Below are positions 13,608 to 24,961 of a DNA stretch of 64,000 nucleotides, piece after piece (the stretch's first letter is position 1; each line of letters opens with the position of its first letter). Position numbers and translations under genes: made by a program. Source of the DNA: Lobosporangium transversale. Taxonomy: Eukaryota. Below the pieces are notes generated by a model that worked only from the letters and a program-made list of their open reading frames with translations, was not told the DNA's origin and did not search any database. The stretch lies in assembly GCF_002105155.1 (NCBI RefSeq), contig NW_019028980.1:806001-870000 (forward strand). The letters are read 5' to 3'.

Positions 13608-13795
13608 GGCACTGCAACTTCCAGCAGTAACAACTCCAGACTCCTCCCTACTCTTATTTCTTTCGAAATAAAAAATAAAGACCCCGTGCAAATAATTTTT
13701 TTTTTTTTATTTGCACGGGGGGGAGCAGTGTAAATAAGGTGTGTACGGGGCAGTGCAAATAACTCCATCCTTGTAACAAACCCCATGCAAATATT
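13608..13795 (+). repeat. End of a MITE-like repeat family carrying TTATTTGCACGGGG motifs
   Basis: Homologous in inverted orientation to 16665-16825 (ggcRctgcaact..ccagactcc..ctactct..gaccccgtgcaaataa); further partial copies at ~16030-16090, 16486-16500 and 18330-18400. Confidence 0.65.
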
Positions 13796-13827
13796 CAAAA
13801 AAAAAAAAAATAATAATAATAATATTG

Positions 13828-13908
13828 CGTCACCTGCAGGGTTCGAACCTGCGCGGGAAATCCCATACACTTAGCAGGCATACGCCTTAACCACTCGGCC
13901 AAAGTGAC
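13828..13908 (-). tRNA. tRNA-Ser(GCT): tRNA-Ser (anticodon GCT), copy 1
   Basis: Reverse complement GTCACTTTGGCCGAGTGGTTAAGGCGTATGCCT-GCT-AAGTGTATGGGATTTCCCGCGCAGGTTCGAACCCTGCAGGTGACG folds as a cloverleaf with long variable arm; A and B boxes intact; T-run terminator downstream. Confidence 0.96.
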
Positions 13909-14048
13909 AGCAATGAACTCTTCTCTTTACTCTGTCTCAGTTTGGGTAATTAAAATTATAATTCAGATAACAGGAAGAAGAGAGCGCCAGAGGAAGTTAT
14001 TTGGCTTTTGCAGACGACTTTTTTTTTTTTTTTTTTTTTTTTTTGAAC

Positions 14049-14845
14049 GTAAGGCAAGGGGCAGAGAGAGAGGTGTAGACCCACCAAGGACAAAAGAACC
14101 AACTTTTACTGCGGCAGAGGAGGACTACATTTGAGAAACTCTAGAGATGCATATCGATGGTGTGCGAGAAGTACGACGCCATGGTGATAGGAACGGCGAT
14201 GATGAGGATGCGGAAGAGGTAGAGCACACACCAGATTGGTCTGTGTAGGACATTTACCATGGACTTACGCCCAAGTCCATTGCTCAGAGTTGGAAAGTTG
14301 GCTTCAAGACAACAACAAGGATAGCTACATATATGGCAGGGCGCTTCGTCAAGGCCATAGAAGAATTCGGTCGTACAGAAATCTGGAACAAACGGTGTAA
14401 AGTCACCGTTGAATGGGAAAAGACTCGTGGAATCACTGCTATGAGCAAACGCGCTAGAGGACGCAACTGTGTTGGGGAGCACAGACGTAGTAGCAATGAT
14501 CTCCTTGTCCCTTCCCTCAGACAAAGACAGAAGCTGAATGTAAAAGAGATCTGCAAGATCGCGGATGACCGAGTCCGGGACAGTTACCTTGGGAAAATCA
14601 AGCTGGACGTGATGGAGCGGCTAGGTGGAATGAAGTTTTTGATGACTATGGATAGCGGATAATTTGTCGCGTTGCGCAACAGGCCACGTCGGAAAGGTGG
14701 ACTTTGAGTACCAACCACGGTGGTCAGGTTTTATGAAATCATGGATGCAGCGGCTCCTGCCGTTTGTGCATTTATAGAGCTAACATCTAAATAAATCCTA
14801 CATGACCTCGTGGGTCCTTGTTATCAAAAAAAAAAAAAAAAAAAA
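14049..14845 (+). mobile_element. 5'-truncated non-LTR retrotransposon (LINE, L1-like ORF2 C-terminus, 3' UTR, poly-A)
   Basis: Decayed reading frame DIYHGLTPKSIAQSWKVGF...EIWNKRCKVTVEWEKTRGITAMSKR; ends TGTTATC plus A20; flanked by target-site duplication CGAC(T)nGAAC (14015-14048 and 14847-14861). Confidence 0.8.
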
Positions 14846-14909
14846 GCGACTTTTTTTGAACATGGTATTGTAAGCAGTAGAGTAGTCAAGTTACTACGAT
14901 CAGCTGCCT

Positions 14910-15810
14910 TTACTTAACTTTGCGCTTTATTCCCAAGGCAACATCACGCTGTAGAGTGGCAAGTGTTGGAAATGGAGTGTCGACTAAGGGCTTGTTCCTC
15001 TTTCGCTGTAGTCGATCACTGGTTACTTGCACCAATGTTTCTGCCTGGAATAAATGGTAGAAATCACCTTGATCAAGGTTCACTTCTGTAATTAGGGATG
15101 GCAGGTTAACCTCGGAGAGACGAGTATGGACAATAGTGTTATCAATTTTTGCGCCTAAATAAAAGGTGACAACATGGCTAATGGACTGGAAGGATAAGAT
15201 TGGTGAGTCCTGCTCAAGCTCATTAGACAAGAGATCAAGCGCGTCCTTTGTGAATACAGCCAGTCGTAACAGATCTGCGCCCTTGGATTTTGTTCTTGGA
15301 TGAGAACCTTTGAGCTCACCAAAAAAATACCTCTCGCATATCTGTTGTTCGACCAACAACATCTGGTTTACGCGCCTGCCCATCTTACTCAAGTGCTACC
15401 TTCCTGGTTCTTCCAACCGGATAAGAGGCATTAAGGCTATACAATTACAAAGGCAGTTGGTTTGTTAAGGTAATCTCATTTACTAACAGCTATCCAGTGA
15501 TTGACAGTATAGATGATTAGTTTACCATTTGAACTTGTTTCGATCTGGTACTCTTAAGATCTCTTGGAGAATTGGGGCGATGATAAAGGTCATGGCGTTC
15601 AGTTTGCCTTCGAGCGTCCCCCAGTCATCTAGATGACGATACACATACTGTGCAATCGAATGGATTGGAAGGATATCTTGGCTTTTGCATGCACTATATG
15701 CCTTAATAATCATATCCAAGACTGGTTCAGTAGAAAGGGCCATTGGATTAGGAGCCCCAGACATGTTTGCAAGATCATGTTGAAATTTTAACGACTTCCA
15801 TTTCTATTCG
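14910..15810 (-). pseudogene. Decayed PD-(D/E)xK restriction-endonuclease-like gene (CRN C-terminal type)
   Basis: ARKPDVVG...FFGELK motif is split by a +1 frameshift in a T7 run (~15321-15327); DLLRLAVFTKD follows; in-frame stop upstream; intron ~15438-15525. Confidence 0.65.
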
Positions 15811-15936
15811 TCCATTAGAAAAAAAGCGATGTTAATATTAAAATCAGCAGTAGAGAGAGTTGGGAACGAGCTTACAGGTGCCATATACTATTTGACAGCC
15901 CATACTATTTGACAGCCCATACTAAATATGGTACTT

Positions 15937-16417
15937 GGATTAATCTATTTGGCAGCCCATTACCAAATATGATCAGTTTTGAAAACTCTCTTTGGCAGTC
16001 CAGCTGCCAAATAGCACCCTCATAAAAAAAAGTATTTGCACGGTCCCGTACACACCTTACTTACACTGCTCCTCCCGTGGAAATAAAAAAAAAAAATTAT
16101 AACGGGTGTTTCTTTATGGACATGTTGATACCTTGGTGCTGTAAGCAAAGTCACTCATTTCAAATCCAATTGTATTCGCTCCATCCGAAGCCGCTAACAG
16201 GCATCGAAGTGTAATTTATTCATATGGGTTTTACTCTTTCTGACAAACACTAATATTTGTAATTACATGATGAGTGCAACAAGGCGTAGTGTGTGGCCAA
16301 TCAACCTTTTCAAATTAGTTTTGCAAAACATTATTTGGCAGCCCCAAAAAATAGGCTGCCAAATAATGGCAAAATTTACTATACATATTTGGTATGGGCT
16401 GCCAAATAGATTAATCC
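15937..16417. mobile_element. MITE with GG-initiated TIRs (Merlin-like), copy 1
   Basis: TIR GGATTAATCTATTTGGCAGCCCAT at both ends; flanks TGGTACTT / TGGTACTC (8-bp TSD, one mismatch). Confidence 0.8.
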
Positions 16418-18443
16418 TGGTACTCTTTGTGGCTGCCACTTAACTTCACACACTTGGGAAGCAACTGGGCTGCCAAATAATGAGGTTATTTGCACGGGGT
16501 TATTGTTTCAGTCTTTCAATTAAAACCCGCCTTTAATTGGTGGGCTTCATCTAAATAAAAATGTCAATAAACAGGAAGCATTCGGGTCACATATTCAACA
16601 GGAGTTCCTATGCTTCTCATCAACACAAGATTGTCCTCAGTAGAGTTTTTACAGAAGGATGAAGTTATTTGCACGGGTCCGTATACCTCTTATTTGTACG
16701 GCCCCCGTGCAAATAAATTTTAACTTATAAAAAAAATTATTTGCACGGGGTCTCTATTTCATAAGCGAAGGTCAGTCTAGAGTAGAGGGGAGTCTGGAAT
16801 TATTACTTTTGGGAGTTGCAGCGCCGTGGGAGCTGTGATACTCATCGCGCCCTATTGCATATTCTACAGTATGCAATATTATGATGGCCTAGCTGGAGTA
16901 AAAAACACTAGTGTGCTAATAGTGGCAATAACGCGCCACACATAGACGCGATAAATCTTTGATATGAAGTATTAAAACGAACCTGTGTCATCCTACAGAT
17001 AGGTACGTAGTTACCTGGTATGTCCCTCTAGTAGAAAATGAACAAATACCCTATGGATGTGGTGTGGGCCCATATCTTACTCTCACTTACTTTTCTACTG
17101 CTTACTATCTATCTACAAAATACTTTTCACGCTCTATTCCGCTCTACAATCACCCAAAAGAAAGTCTGGTCAAAGTGAGCTATTTATTATTTTTTTATTT
17201 TGAATCTCTAACAAACAGCTCATTTGTGACATACAAAAATACTTCATCAACTAAGATGGAAATATACGTTTTTATTAATGAGACCAATGTGGATAATCAC
17301 TGAAGTTTTTAGACAGTACATGCTGACGGAAAACAGCAAGAAATAGGATTGAAGACAGTGCTTCTCTTCATAACCATTTGAAAATTTTATTTTTTTGATC
17401 TAACTTTCTTTCAGGTGGTTGTACAATATGAAGCTAGTCCCTAGACGCAGTGAGCATCTACATACGCTGCTGAGTATGCGGCACTGCGTGCTAAAGACGG
17501 CTCGAGGTAAGTTCTGGCTATTATTGGTGAAAAATAAACCCTGATTGAACATGGTAACAAACTTGAAATGCAATGGGACAAAAATAAGGATCTTTATCAA
17601 TGTAACAGAAAAGAGTATTTATGCCTCTTTTTCTATCACTATAAGTCACGGTTATGCTATTAAAGTATTCTAGCTATTTAGATATAGGGATAAAGGTAAT
17701 TGTGGCACGATCGGCTTTGAGTGCGAATTGCGCCACCTATTAAAAGAAAAATAATCTCTCGGATTACAAACGGGTGAAAGGATAGATATTCCACAAAACA
17801 AACTGCGGTCTACCCATTGCATTTTGATGAATTTGATAAACAAAAAATAGTACCAAGGACGCTTGAGCTCTTAATAAAGAAGGACAGAGATAAGGACATA
17901 TAAGAGAAAAAGAAAGAGAGTAGTAACATGGCACACTATTCATCATAGCAATGGGTATGGTAGTATGATTGTTTGTATATCTACCGAAACAAATTACACA
18001 TTAGAGGTTCCTAATAACTGAACTCATCGTTGTGTGCTTAATAGTGTACGGAAATACTAGAGATGTATGCACGCGCTAAATGAAAGAAAGTATCGGGGAA
18101 CCATCCACAATCTATAGTAACACGGCCAACAAAAGTTCAAAGTAGAGTAGCATAGTATTTGTAATTCTGTATTTAGTCCCAGATTCGCATAAAGAATACC
18201 AACATCTACTCTGAGCTACATACGACCTTGATAAGATAAATATTCTGGTCAGTATTTGATGCTTTGGCAGAGGCTCTAGATCTAAGCCTGTGTCGTGGAA
18301 GGCTTCCTGGTTATGGTATTTAGGGCTGAAATAAAGACCCCGTACAAATAAAAAAAAAGACCCCCGTGCAAATAAGGTGTGTACGGGGCAGTGCAAATAT
18401 CTTTTTCCAAACAAGAAATAGAGGCCAAGTAAGGATTAATCTA

Positions 18444-19101
18444 GGCTCGTACCCATCCCTCTTCACTTTATAAAGGTGACAGGAAATTCCATTTCCTTTT
18501 TGAGTCACCTAAAGTGAAGGGGCTGGGAACGAGGGACTAAGGAAAAATGCACCCCCCCGTCAGAATAAAATTCTGAGCCCCGGTTGAGAATTCCCTTGAC
18601 CCCCCCCGTCAACATTCATTTTTTCGGAATTCTTACCCCTGTCCCCCCGTCAGAATTCCGGTACACCCCCCGTAAAGATTTTCAAAATGTAAATCTTTAC
18701 CCCCCCGTCAACCATCTTAATTGTGGGAATCCTTACCCCCCCGTCAACATTTTGAAGCTGTTTTTAAGAGAAGATTTTCTGTTCTTGGTTATACCTAGAT
18801 CTAACTAGCTATTTAGTTCGACACCATTGATCCTCTCTTACTTTGTATCTTGCATGACAGTAGATCAGTGGATCAGTTCCTTGATGAATGATCTCTTCCT
18901 AGATTCGTATTCATCAGGTTCAGAACCCTCGGCAACTTAACATACACCACATGCGTCCAACATAGTCTTAAAAGAAAAAGACAAAAAAACATTGCATTAT
19001 TATTCAGCGTCAACGCTTGGCGATCCTAAACCATCTTTACAATTAATAGAGGTTAAGATTAAAATACTGTACTAGTTGTGTGGAAATCATAGGATGTAGT
19101 A

Positions 19102-19137
<36 letters not shown>

Positions 19138-19284
19138 AAAATCAGCTCCAGAATGTTGACGGGGGGGGTAAGAATTGCGCGGTTGACGGGGGGATGAGAA
19201 TTCCGGAAAGAGAAATGTTGACGGGGGGGTCAAAATTTTATTCTGACGGGGGGGTGCATTTTTCCTTAATTCTGGGAAGGAGCC
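18444..19284. mobile_element. Nested non-autonomous TIR element with CCCCCCGTCA subterminal repeats
   Basis: Termini GGCTC...GAGCC flanked by TA; inverted arms TAAGGAAAAATGCACCCCCCCGTCAGAATAAAATT (~18538-18572 vs ~19233-19268); several CCCCCGTCA motifs on the left, inverted on the right. Confidence 0.7.
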
Positions 19285-19439
19285 TAGGATTAATCTATTT
19301 GGCAGCCCATTGCCAAATATAGTCAACTTTCAAGACTCTCTTTGGCAGCCCAGTCGCCAAATAACATTCATTATTTACTTGACAGCCTACCCAGCGTTAT
19401 TTGGCCTCTAACTATTTTTTTTTTTTTTTTTTTTTTCAT

Positions 19440-19837
19440 TCCTAGGAACCGTATATGTTTATAACGCTCATACTTCAAATTAATAAAGCTCCCGTCTTCT
19501 ACGTCATAGTTATGTGTAGTGACATTGTCTTCAAGTAGGTCGCTCATACAGTTTTGGAGGTGCCATTTGGAGATCAATGCCTATGAGAGGTTTTCGCTCG
19601 GAGCAAACGCGTCTCACCTACTACCTAGACGTCTTCAATAAATCATTCCCTGACCGTGTACATTGAAGGTTGTTTTGTGAAGATGTCATCGCCGCTGCCC
19701 TTAGTACCTCCGGCGGCATTAGCTGTGCAAGGCAATGTATCCACAGAACGCTGCTTGTTTTACCACTGATGTTATGACCCTGTTATCAAAAAAAAAAAAA
19801 AAAAGAAAAAAAAGAAAAAAAAGAAAAAAAAGAAAAA
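19440..19837 (+). mobile_element. Possible 3' end of another non-LTR retroelement inserted in the MITE
   Basis: Ends in TGTTATC plus an A-rich tail like the LINE at 14049; short frame LIQFWRCHL resembles L1 ORF2 ends; no TSD found. Confidence 0.4.
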
Positions 19838-20064
19838 GACTGTATTTGGCAGCCCAGCTGCCACCCAAGAGTGCGAAGTTAAGTGGCAGCCCCCAGAAGT
19901 AGGCTGCCAAATAGAGGCAAAAATTACTATATTTGGTATGGGCTGCCAAATAGATTAATCCGCCAAGTAATGCTAGGTAGGTTGCCAGTCAAATCATGAG
20001 CGTGTTTTCCCTTGGCAACCTAGCTACCAATGAGATTAATAATAAAAAGGATAAAATATTATCG

Positions 20065-20145
20065 CGTCACCTGCAGGGTTCGAACCTGCGCGGGAAATCC
20101 CATACACTTAGCAGGCATACGCCTTAACCACTCGGCCAAAGTGAC
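20065..20145 (-). tRNA. tRNA-Ser(GCT): tRNA-Ser (anticodon GCT), copy 2
   Basis: Identical in sequence to copy 1 at 13828-13908; flanks differ. Confidence 0.96.
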
Positions 20146-20269
20146 GACAAGGATATGACTTGGTAATATTGTCGTAGAGCATCTACTAGTGATCTCTGGA
20201 AACTAGTAGGCAATGATGAAAAATGAAGAATTGGGCAAGAGCCTCGTGGTTTTGGGATACGATAGTGAT

Positions 20270-20438
20270 CCTAAGATGCCCAGAATGTGATAGGGGAGAG
20301 GACATGGAGGAAAGAGTTGAAAGCAGTGCAGGAGCAAGCACAAAGGGCCAGAGAGAGAGGTGTAGACCCACCAAGGACAAAAGAGCCAACTTTTACTGCG
20401 GCAGAGGAGGACTGCATTTGGAAAACTCTAGAGATGCT
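20270..20438 (+). mobile_element. Fragment of the same LINE family as 14049-14845
   Basis: ~20349-20437 aligns closely to ~14062-14150 (RERGVDPPRTKEPTFTAAEED.IW.TLEM); preceded by RCPEC; left boundary uncertain. Confidence 0.7.
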
Positions 20439-20439
20439 A

Positions 20440-21103
20440 GCCCAATGGCTGAGTAGTATACTCGTCAGGGCACCCTCCTGTCTAGCCCAGGGGCCGGGTT
20501 CGAGTCCTGGTTAAGGCACATAAAGTGAAGCAAACATGTGCCAGGTCAGGGATTTGCTTGAGTTTTTATACTTTCTCTCCGAGACAGCCTAGTGTTCTCC
20601 GCTAAGGCTAAGATCGTGGGTGCACTACCCTAAGTCGCCTGGCTGGCCACATGTCTTAGGTATATATTCCACCCCCCAGCCGAACCAGCGGTACATCTGG
20701 CAGCACATCCCCCATCCACCCACTTGACTAGGACAGCGATCACAAAGTTTGACGGAGTCCAAAGTAGAAATTTCAGACCAATCCCGCAAGATTTGGGTCC
20801 ACATGCCAGTGGATTTGATCGAATAGAAAAAAAATTAAAAGTCGTCCTTAGCTAGAGTCGGCACGCCAGCCTCCGCGGCTTTTCACGGGCGCAACAGGCC
20901 ACATCGGAAGGATGGACTTCGAGTACCGATCACGGTGTACATTGGTAGAGAAAAACATGGATACGAATTGGCTCTTCACAGCCATGCCGTGCGAACTTTG
21001 AGAGTTTCGCTTGTTTCATAGTTGAGGGCGATATCATTACTTTAGAGCGAGATTATGAAATAAAATTCCTCACCTCTGTGGGTTCTTGTTAACAGGAAAA
21101 AAA
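20440..21103 (+). mobile_element. Putative tRNA-derived SINE with a LINE-derived 3' tail
   Basis: Head 20440-20518 has A-box-like TGGCTGAGTAG and B box GGTTCGAGTCC in a T-stem loop, but imperfect acceptor and anticodon arms. Tail 20889-21103 matches LINE 3' UTR 14674-14826 in collinear blocks and ends in an A-run. Confidence 0.6.
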
Positions 21104-21569
21104 TACTATTTAAAAATGGTAGAAAATAGGATGATAGGAAATAAATAAATTGAAAGGAAATACATATTTAGGTAAATGAATAGGCGTCATTTACGACAAT
21201 ATCCATTGTATAACCTTAATATATGTATAAATGAACTTTGATTGATAAGCCACTAATACACCCCTTAAATGTATTATTTACAACCCATAGCACTTTTTTC
21301 CTTTCCGCTCTGCGCCTGATTTCTCCTCTCGCGTTCCATTTCTTTGTTATCAAAAAAAAAAAAAAAAAAAAAAAAATCAAAAAAAAAAAAAATCCATACG
21401 CCATTCGACCTTCTCAAGTTGCTGTCAAAACAAAGGTATGTACTCATGGTAGGGCGGGTGTGAAGTCGCATAGAGATAAAAAGGACTCTCCTTAGTTTCT
21501 CTCTATACAGCCTGATGTGTCAAAGGACTGCAGGGGAAGATATCCGGACATGATAAAGATCTAATGTGG

Positions 21570-22190
21570 TCATATTTGGAAAAATGAATTCATCCGTGCC
21601 GTCGTCCAAGAAGTTGGGGGTAGTCGATTGATGTCTACAAGAGACATTTTCAAGCACCTAACTCTCTTGCAGACTCGAAAGAATAGATCGATCCCGTCAT
21701 TACACATCTTAGTATAAGAAATGGTTAACGCTTCTAGAGGCGTGCATTCCAGTAATGCTGTCCATATCTCTCGTAAAGTTGGATTATCCTGTGTACTGAG
21801 CTCAAATTTGGTGATTGTGGAACTGTGGGATATGATCAAGCTAGAAAGCTCACTCAGATTGAACAAACGCCTGCCGTGACATTTGACGGATTGGAGGCGA
21901 ACACAGCCTTGTAACGACATGTACTCCTTTGGAAACTCGGATAAAAATAGAAGCTCCTCAATATTTTCTTTGTAGCTCTGCAGTGCTGTGCCAGTAGGAT
22001 ACTTTCTACATTTTGAATAGGCGTCTCCGATCTCAATCCTTTTGCAAATGGATTTAGAGCCGGCAAGTGTATTGTGGAAAGTCCTGGAGACAAGAATACA
22101 ACGTAAGAGATCATCTTGTTCTAGGAAGTCACCAACACGCGAAATAATTTCTGGAATGTCCATAGGACTCAAATTGGGATTGCTCATCAT
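21570..22190 (-). pseudogene. F-box / RNI-like (LRR) protein, apparently 3'-truncated or frameshifted
   Basis: N-terminal F-box-like PMDIPEIISRVGDFLEQDDLLRCILVSRTFH followed by degenerate LRRs; the frame ends prematurely. Confidence 0.65.
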
Positions 22191-22699
22191 AGATGGTAGA
22201 GCGAAATGAAGTGTGAACAGGAACATGTTTCTTATTTATATATTTAACATCCAAAAATCCATCATTTTTGTAGTCGCGTTTGTTACGTTTGCACTTAAAG
22301 AAAAAAAATGATCTCCAAAAAAAATTCATTCTGATGAATCATTTTTTAGCGCAGCCACAACCATAAAAAACACTAATTATGATATTACTATATCCTAATT
22401 TTTCCTTTTATCAAGAGGATGCGACCTGCTCTGGCAGCACTTATCTCAGAATGAGAGGGAGAGGGGAAGAGGTGTTGATTCTGGACAAAATTATCATTTG
22501 ATCCCCTTGGTACTGGGCGGCTTTACAGCTTTTTCTATCAGATGTAAGGAAGAGGAAGAGATCAACTACTATGTAACCTCAATTGCCTATCGTATCTGGC
22601 ATCCCCTCCTGCTATGTAATCTACACTAAACTACGAAGTCATATTAGTGTCAGTAAAGTGCGGCTCGAAGCACTTTTAAAACAGCAGGAGAAGCTGTCC

Positions 22700-23654
22700 A
22701 TCGAGTTATGTGTGATTATTGGACCAATGATATTAATCATATATGTTTATTCTATATAATTAGTTCGATTGAATTCCAAGGTGGAGAAAGACCCTTTCCA
22801 CATCTCGAGCACAGGTATAAAGCTGTTGTACTCCAAATTATGCGGAATTACTTGCGCCTCTCGCTTACGCTTTATTGTTCTCAATGTAGCTGGCCGTAAA
22901 CATCCGCGTATTTCTCTTTACCAAAGAACTGATGTTGTTGCTTCAGAAATATATTTTGATTGTGCTGACACAAGCTGATTAATACGAGAGCTCATCAAGA
23001 TTCTTGTGAGTGAGAGACGTTCTGGCCTTTACTGTATTGTATAGCTCTGTTACTTTTGGACCCCAGTCACTTTGAAGTTGAAGTTTGAATGTAAATGCAG
23101 ACCTCTCTTGAATCCAGGTCGTGCTCAGAGAGGTTCCTGCTGTAGTATCGTCTTGAAATATACCAGATGTATGAGAGATTGATATCCTGTTCTGATCATG
23201 TTCAGCTTCATCATCTTCGTGCTTATCTTCGTATTCATCTCTCTCGTTAGATGCTACTTCTTGGAACCAAGGGCGTTCTGGAGGGGATAGAGTGGGTGAT
23301 GGGATTTGTGATCCATTTTGACATGGCGGTGTCCGAACTGTCGATAGACGAGTCCTTATATGTAGCCTCAATTGATACAAATGCCAACAAAGTATTGCTA
23401 CACATTTTAGAGCTGGCTCACTGATTAGGTAGCTGACAGGGATCCTGCACATAAATAGGACTCATATCGGATTAGACAAGAACGATGTCGTCGCCATTCG
23501 AAGAGATGTCCTTGTACGCTTTTACACTCCTCAAATGCAAGCGAGAGATATCCAGCGAGCCGAATATGCAACCACGTTTTGGAGCTCCATAACTCAGGTT
23601 TGTTGCTTTTTTCCTACCTTCGGCTGCTATTGTAAAGGTGATGGGAAATTTCAT
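22700..23654 (-). pseudogene. Fragmented lineage-specific effector-like gene
   Basis: Broken ORFs 23472-23654 and 22979-23452 with an acidic linker and FTFKLQLQSDWGPKVTELY; no firm domain call. Confidence 0.35.
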
Positions 23655-24961
23655 GTTCCTTTGTTTAGTCTCCTATAGTAGAGGGACAGGGAGAAAAGAA
23701 GAAAATGCAGAAAAAGAAAGAGATAAACGCCAATACTATTTTTCTTACACCGACTTAAAGCATTTTTGCTTCTTCAAAACAGCGTTTCTCTCGGAGGATC
23801 CTTGGGTAGGAAATGGAGTATCTTGAAGGAAGAGGGATCCCGCACTTTTTTGTAAGACAATCTTTTGTAATGCATAAGTATCTGAACTTGGGATAGACTG
23901 AAAAAATTGATCCAGAAAGCCTTGAGGGCAATCTTACCGTTGTGGCAGCGTACACTGGCGGAATATCTATGAATGCCGCCTAGCAGTTTGACCTGATACT
24001 ATTGCTGTTAGAGGCAAGAGCTTGGGCCTACAATCAATTGATTTTTTAAAGTCTCGAATGGCAACCATTTCTAGATCAATAAGGAGATTTGGTCACATAC
24101 CTCTAGCGAAAAAGGAACCGAAAAGGTGTTTTGTTTTTCTTTAAGCTGAGGGAAGAAGGAATGAAATTGGTAAAAGTTGCTAGATGCGCAAAGGAGTGGA
24201 GGCAAATTAATGGTGGACAGAGTGCATTGTGATGATATAGCTAGTTATATAGTTTCTGCTGATTTTTTTGCTGATTGATTTTACTGATTCTTTTCTTCCT
24301 TGACATGCAGTTGACGGTTGTTTTCTGCCAGTAGAAAGCACAGAGAACTGGATCTGATCTGCTCATGGGTTGATGTTGATGAAAGCTAAATGGGTAAATT
24401 TGCCCGGTTCCCGGTCCAGGGAATAAACTAAGTGATTAAGCCCAGAGAGGTACCAAGAACTTGACCTTTGCGCCACTGGCTCGTGTTCCTTACCTTTCTT
24501 TTTTTGGATTGCATAGACAGATTGGGTTCATGAACAATATTGGAAGGAAACCACCAATTGCAACATGTATCAACACTGCTACTAAAAAAAAACACACACA
24601 CAAACGCGTATGACGCATAGCACAGACCATGCCTAACTATAATAGTCAAGTTTCCCGACGCAAGGCGCAGGAATCAACTTTAGATGTCCAACCAGTTATT
24701 TCATGCACAAGTACTAATGATTGAGGTAGCCCGCCATTGAGCCATTATACCATGGAGACCATGGACGGCGCTTGAAGAGACCCATGATTGAGGTCTGATC
24801 ATTTTTGGAGGGCATTTATTCAGTGCGGGGGACGCGACACGCGTCTCATTTGAAGCTCACATGATCATCAATCATTTTAATTTTCCCACGGTCTGATCTC
24901 TACTTTACAGCATCGCGCATTCAGTTTCATCATGTTCCTTTAGTCATTAAAGAAAAAAAAA

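Larger units (their letters stand above)
18433..19961. mobile_element. MITE of the same family, copy 2, with nested insertions
   Basis: Perfect 9-bp TSD GCCAAGTAA at 18424-18432 and 19962-19970; TIR sequence at 18433, 19287 and 19938-19961. Confidence 0.75.

Noticed and set aside
20440..20518. Functional tRNA gene (e.g. Asp GTC)
   Set aside because: Only the T arm and promoter boxes are good; acceptor, D and anticodon arms do not pair properly, so it is treated as a SINE head.
20600..20720. HDV-like or hammerhead ribozyme in the SINE body
   Set aside because: Stem potential exists, but I could not fit the nested pseudoknot or the CUGAUGA/GAAA core by eye.
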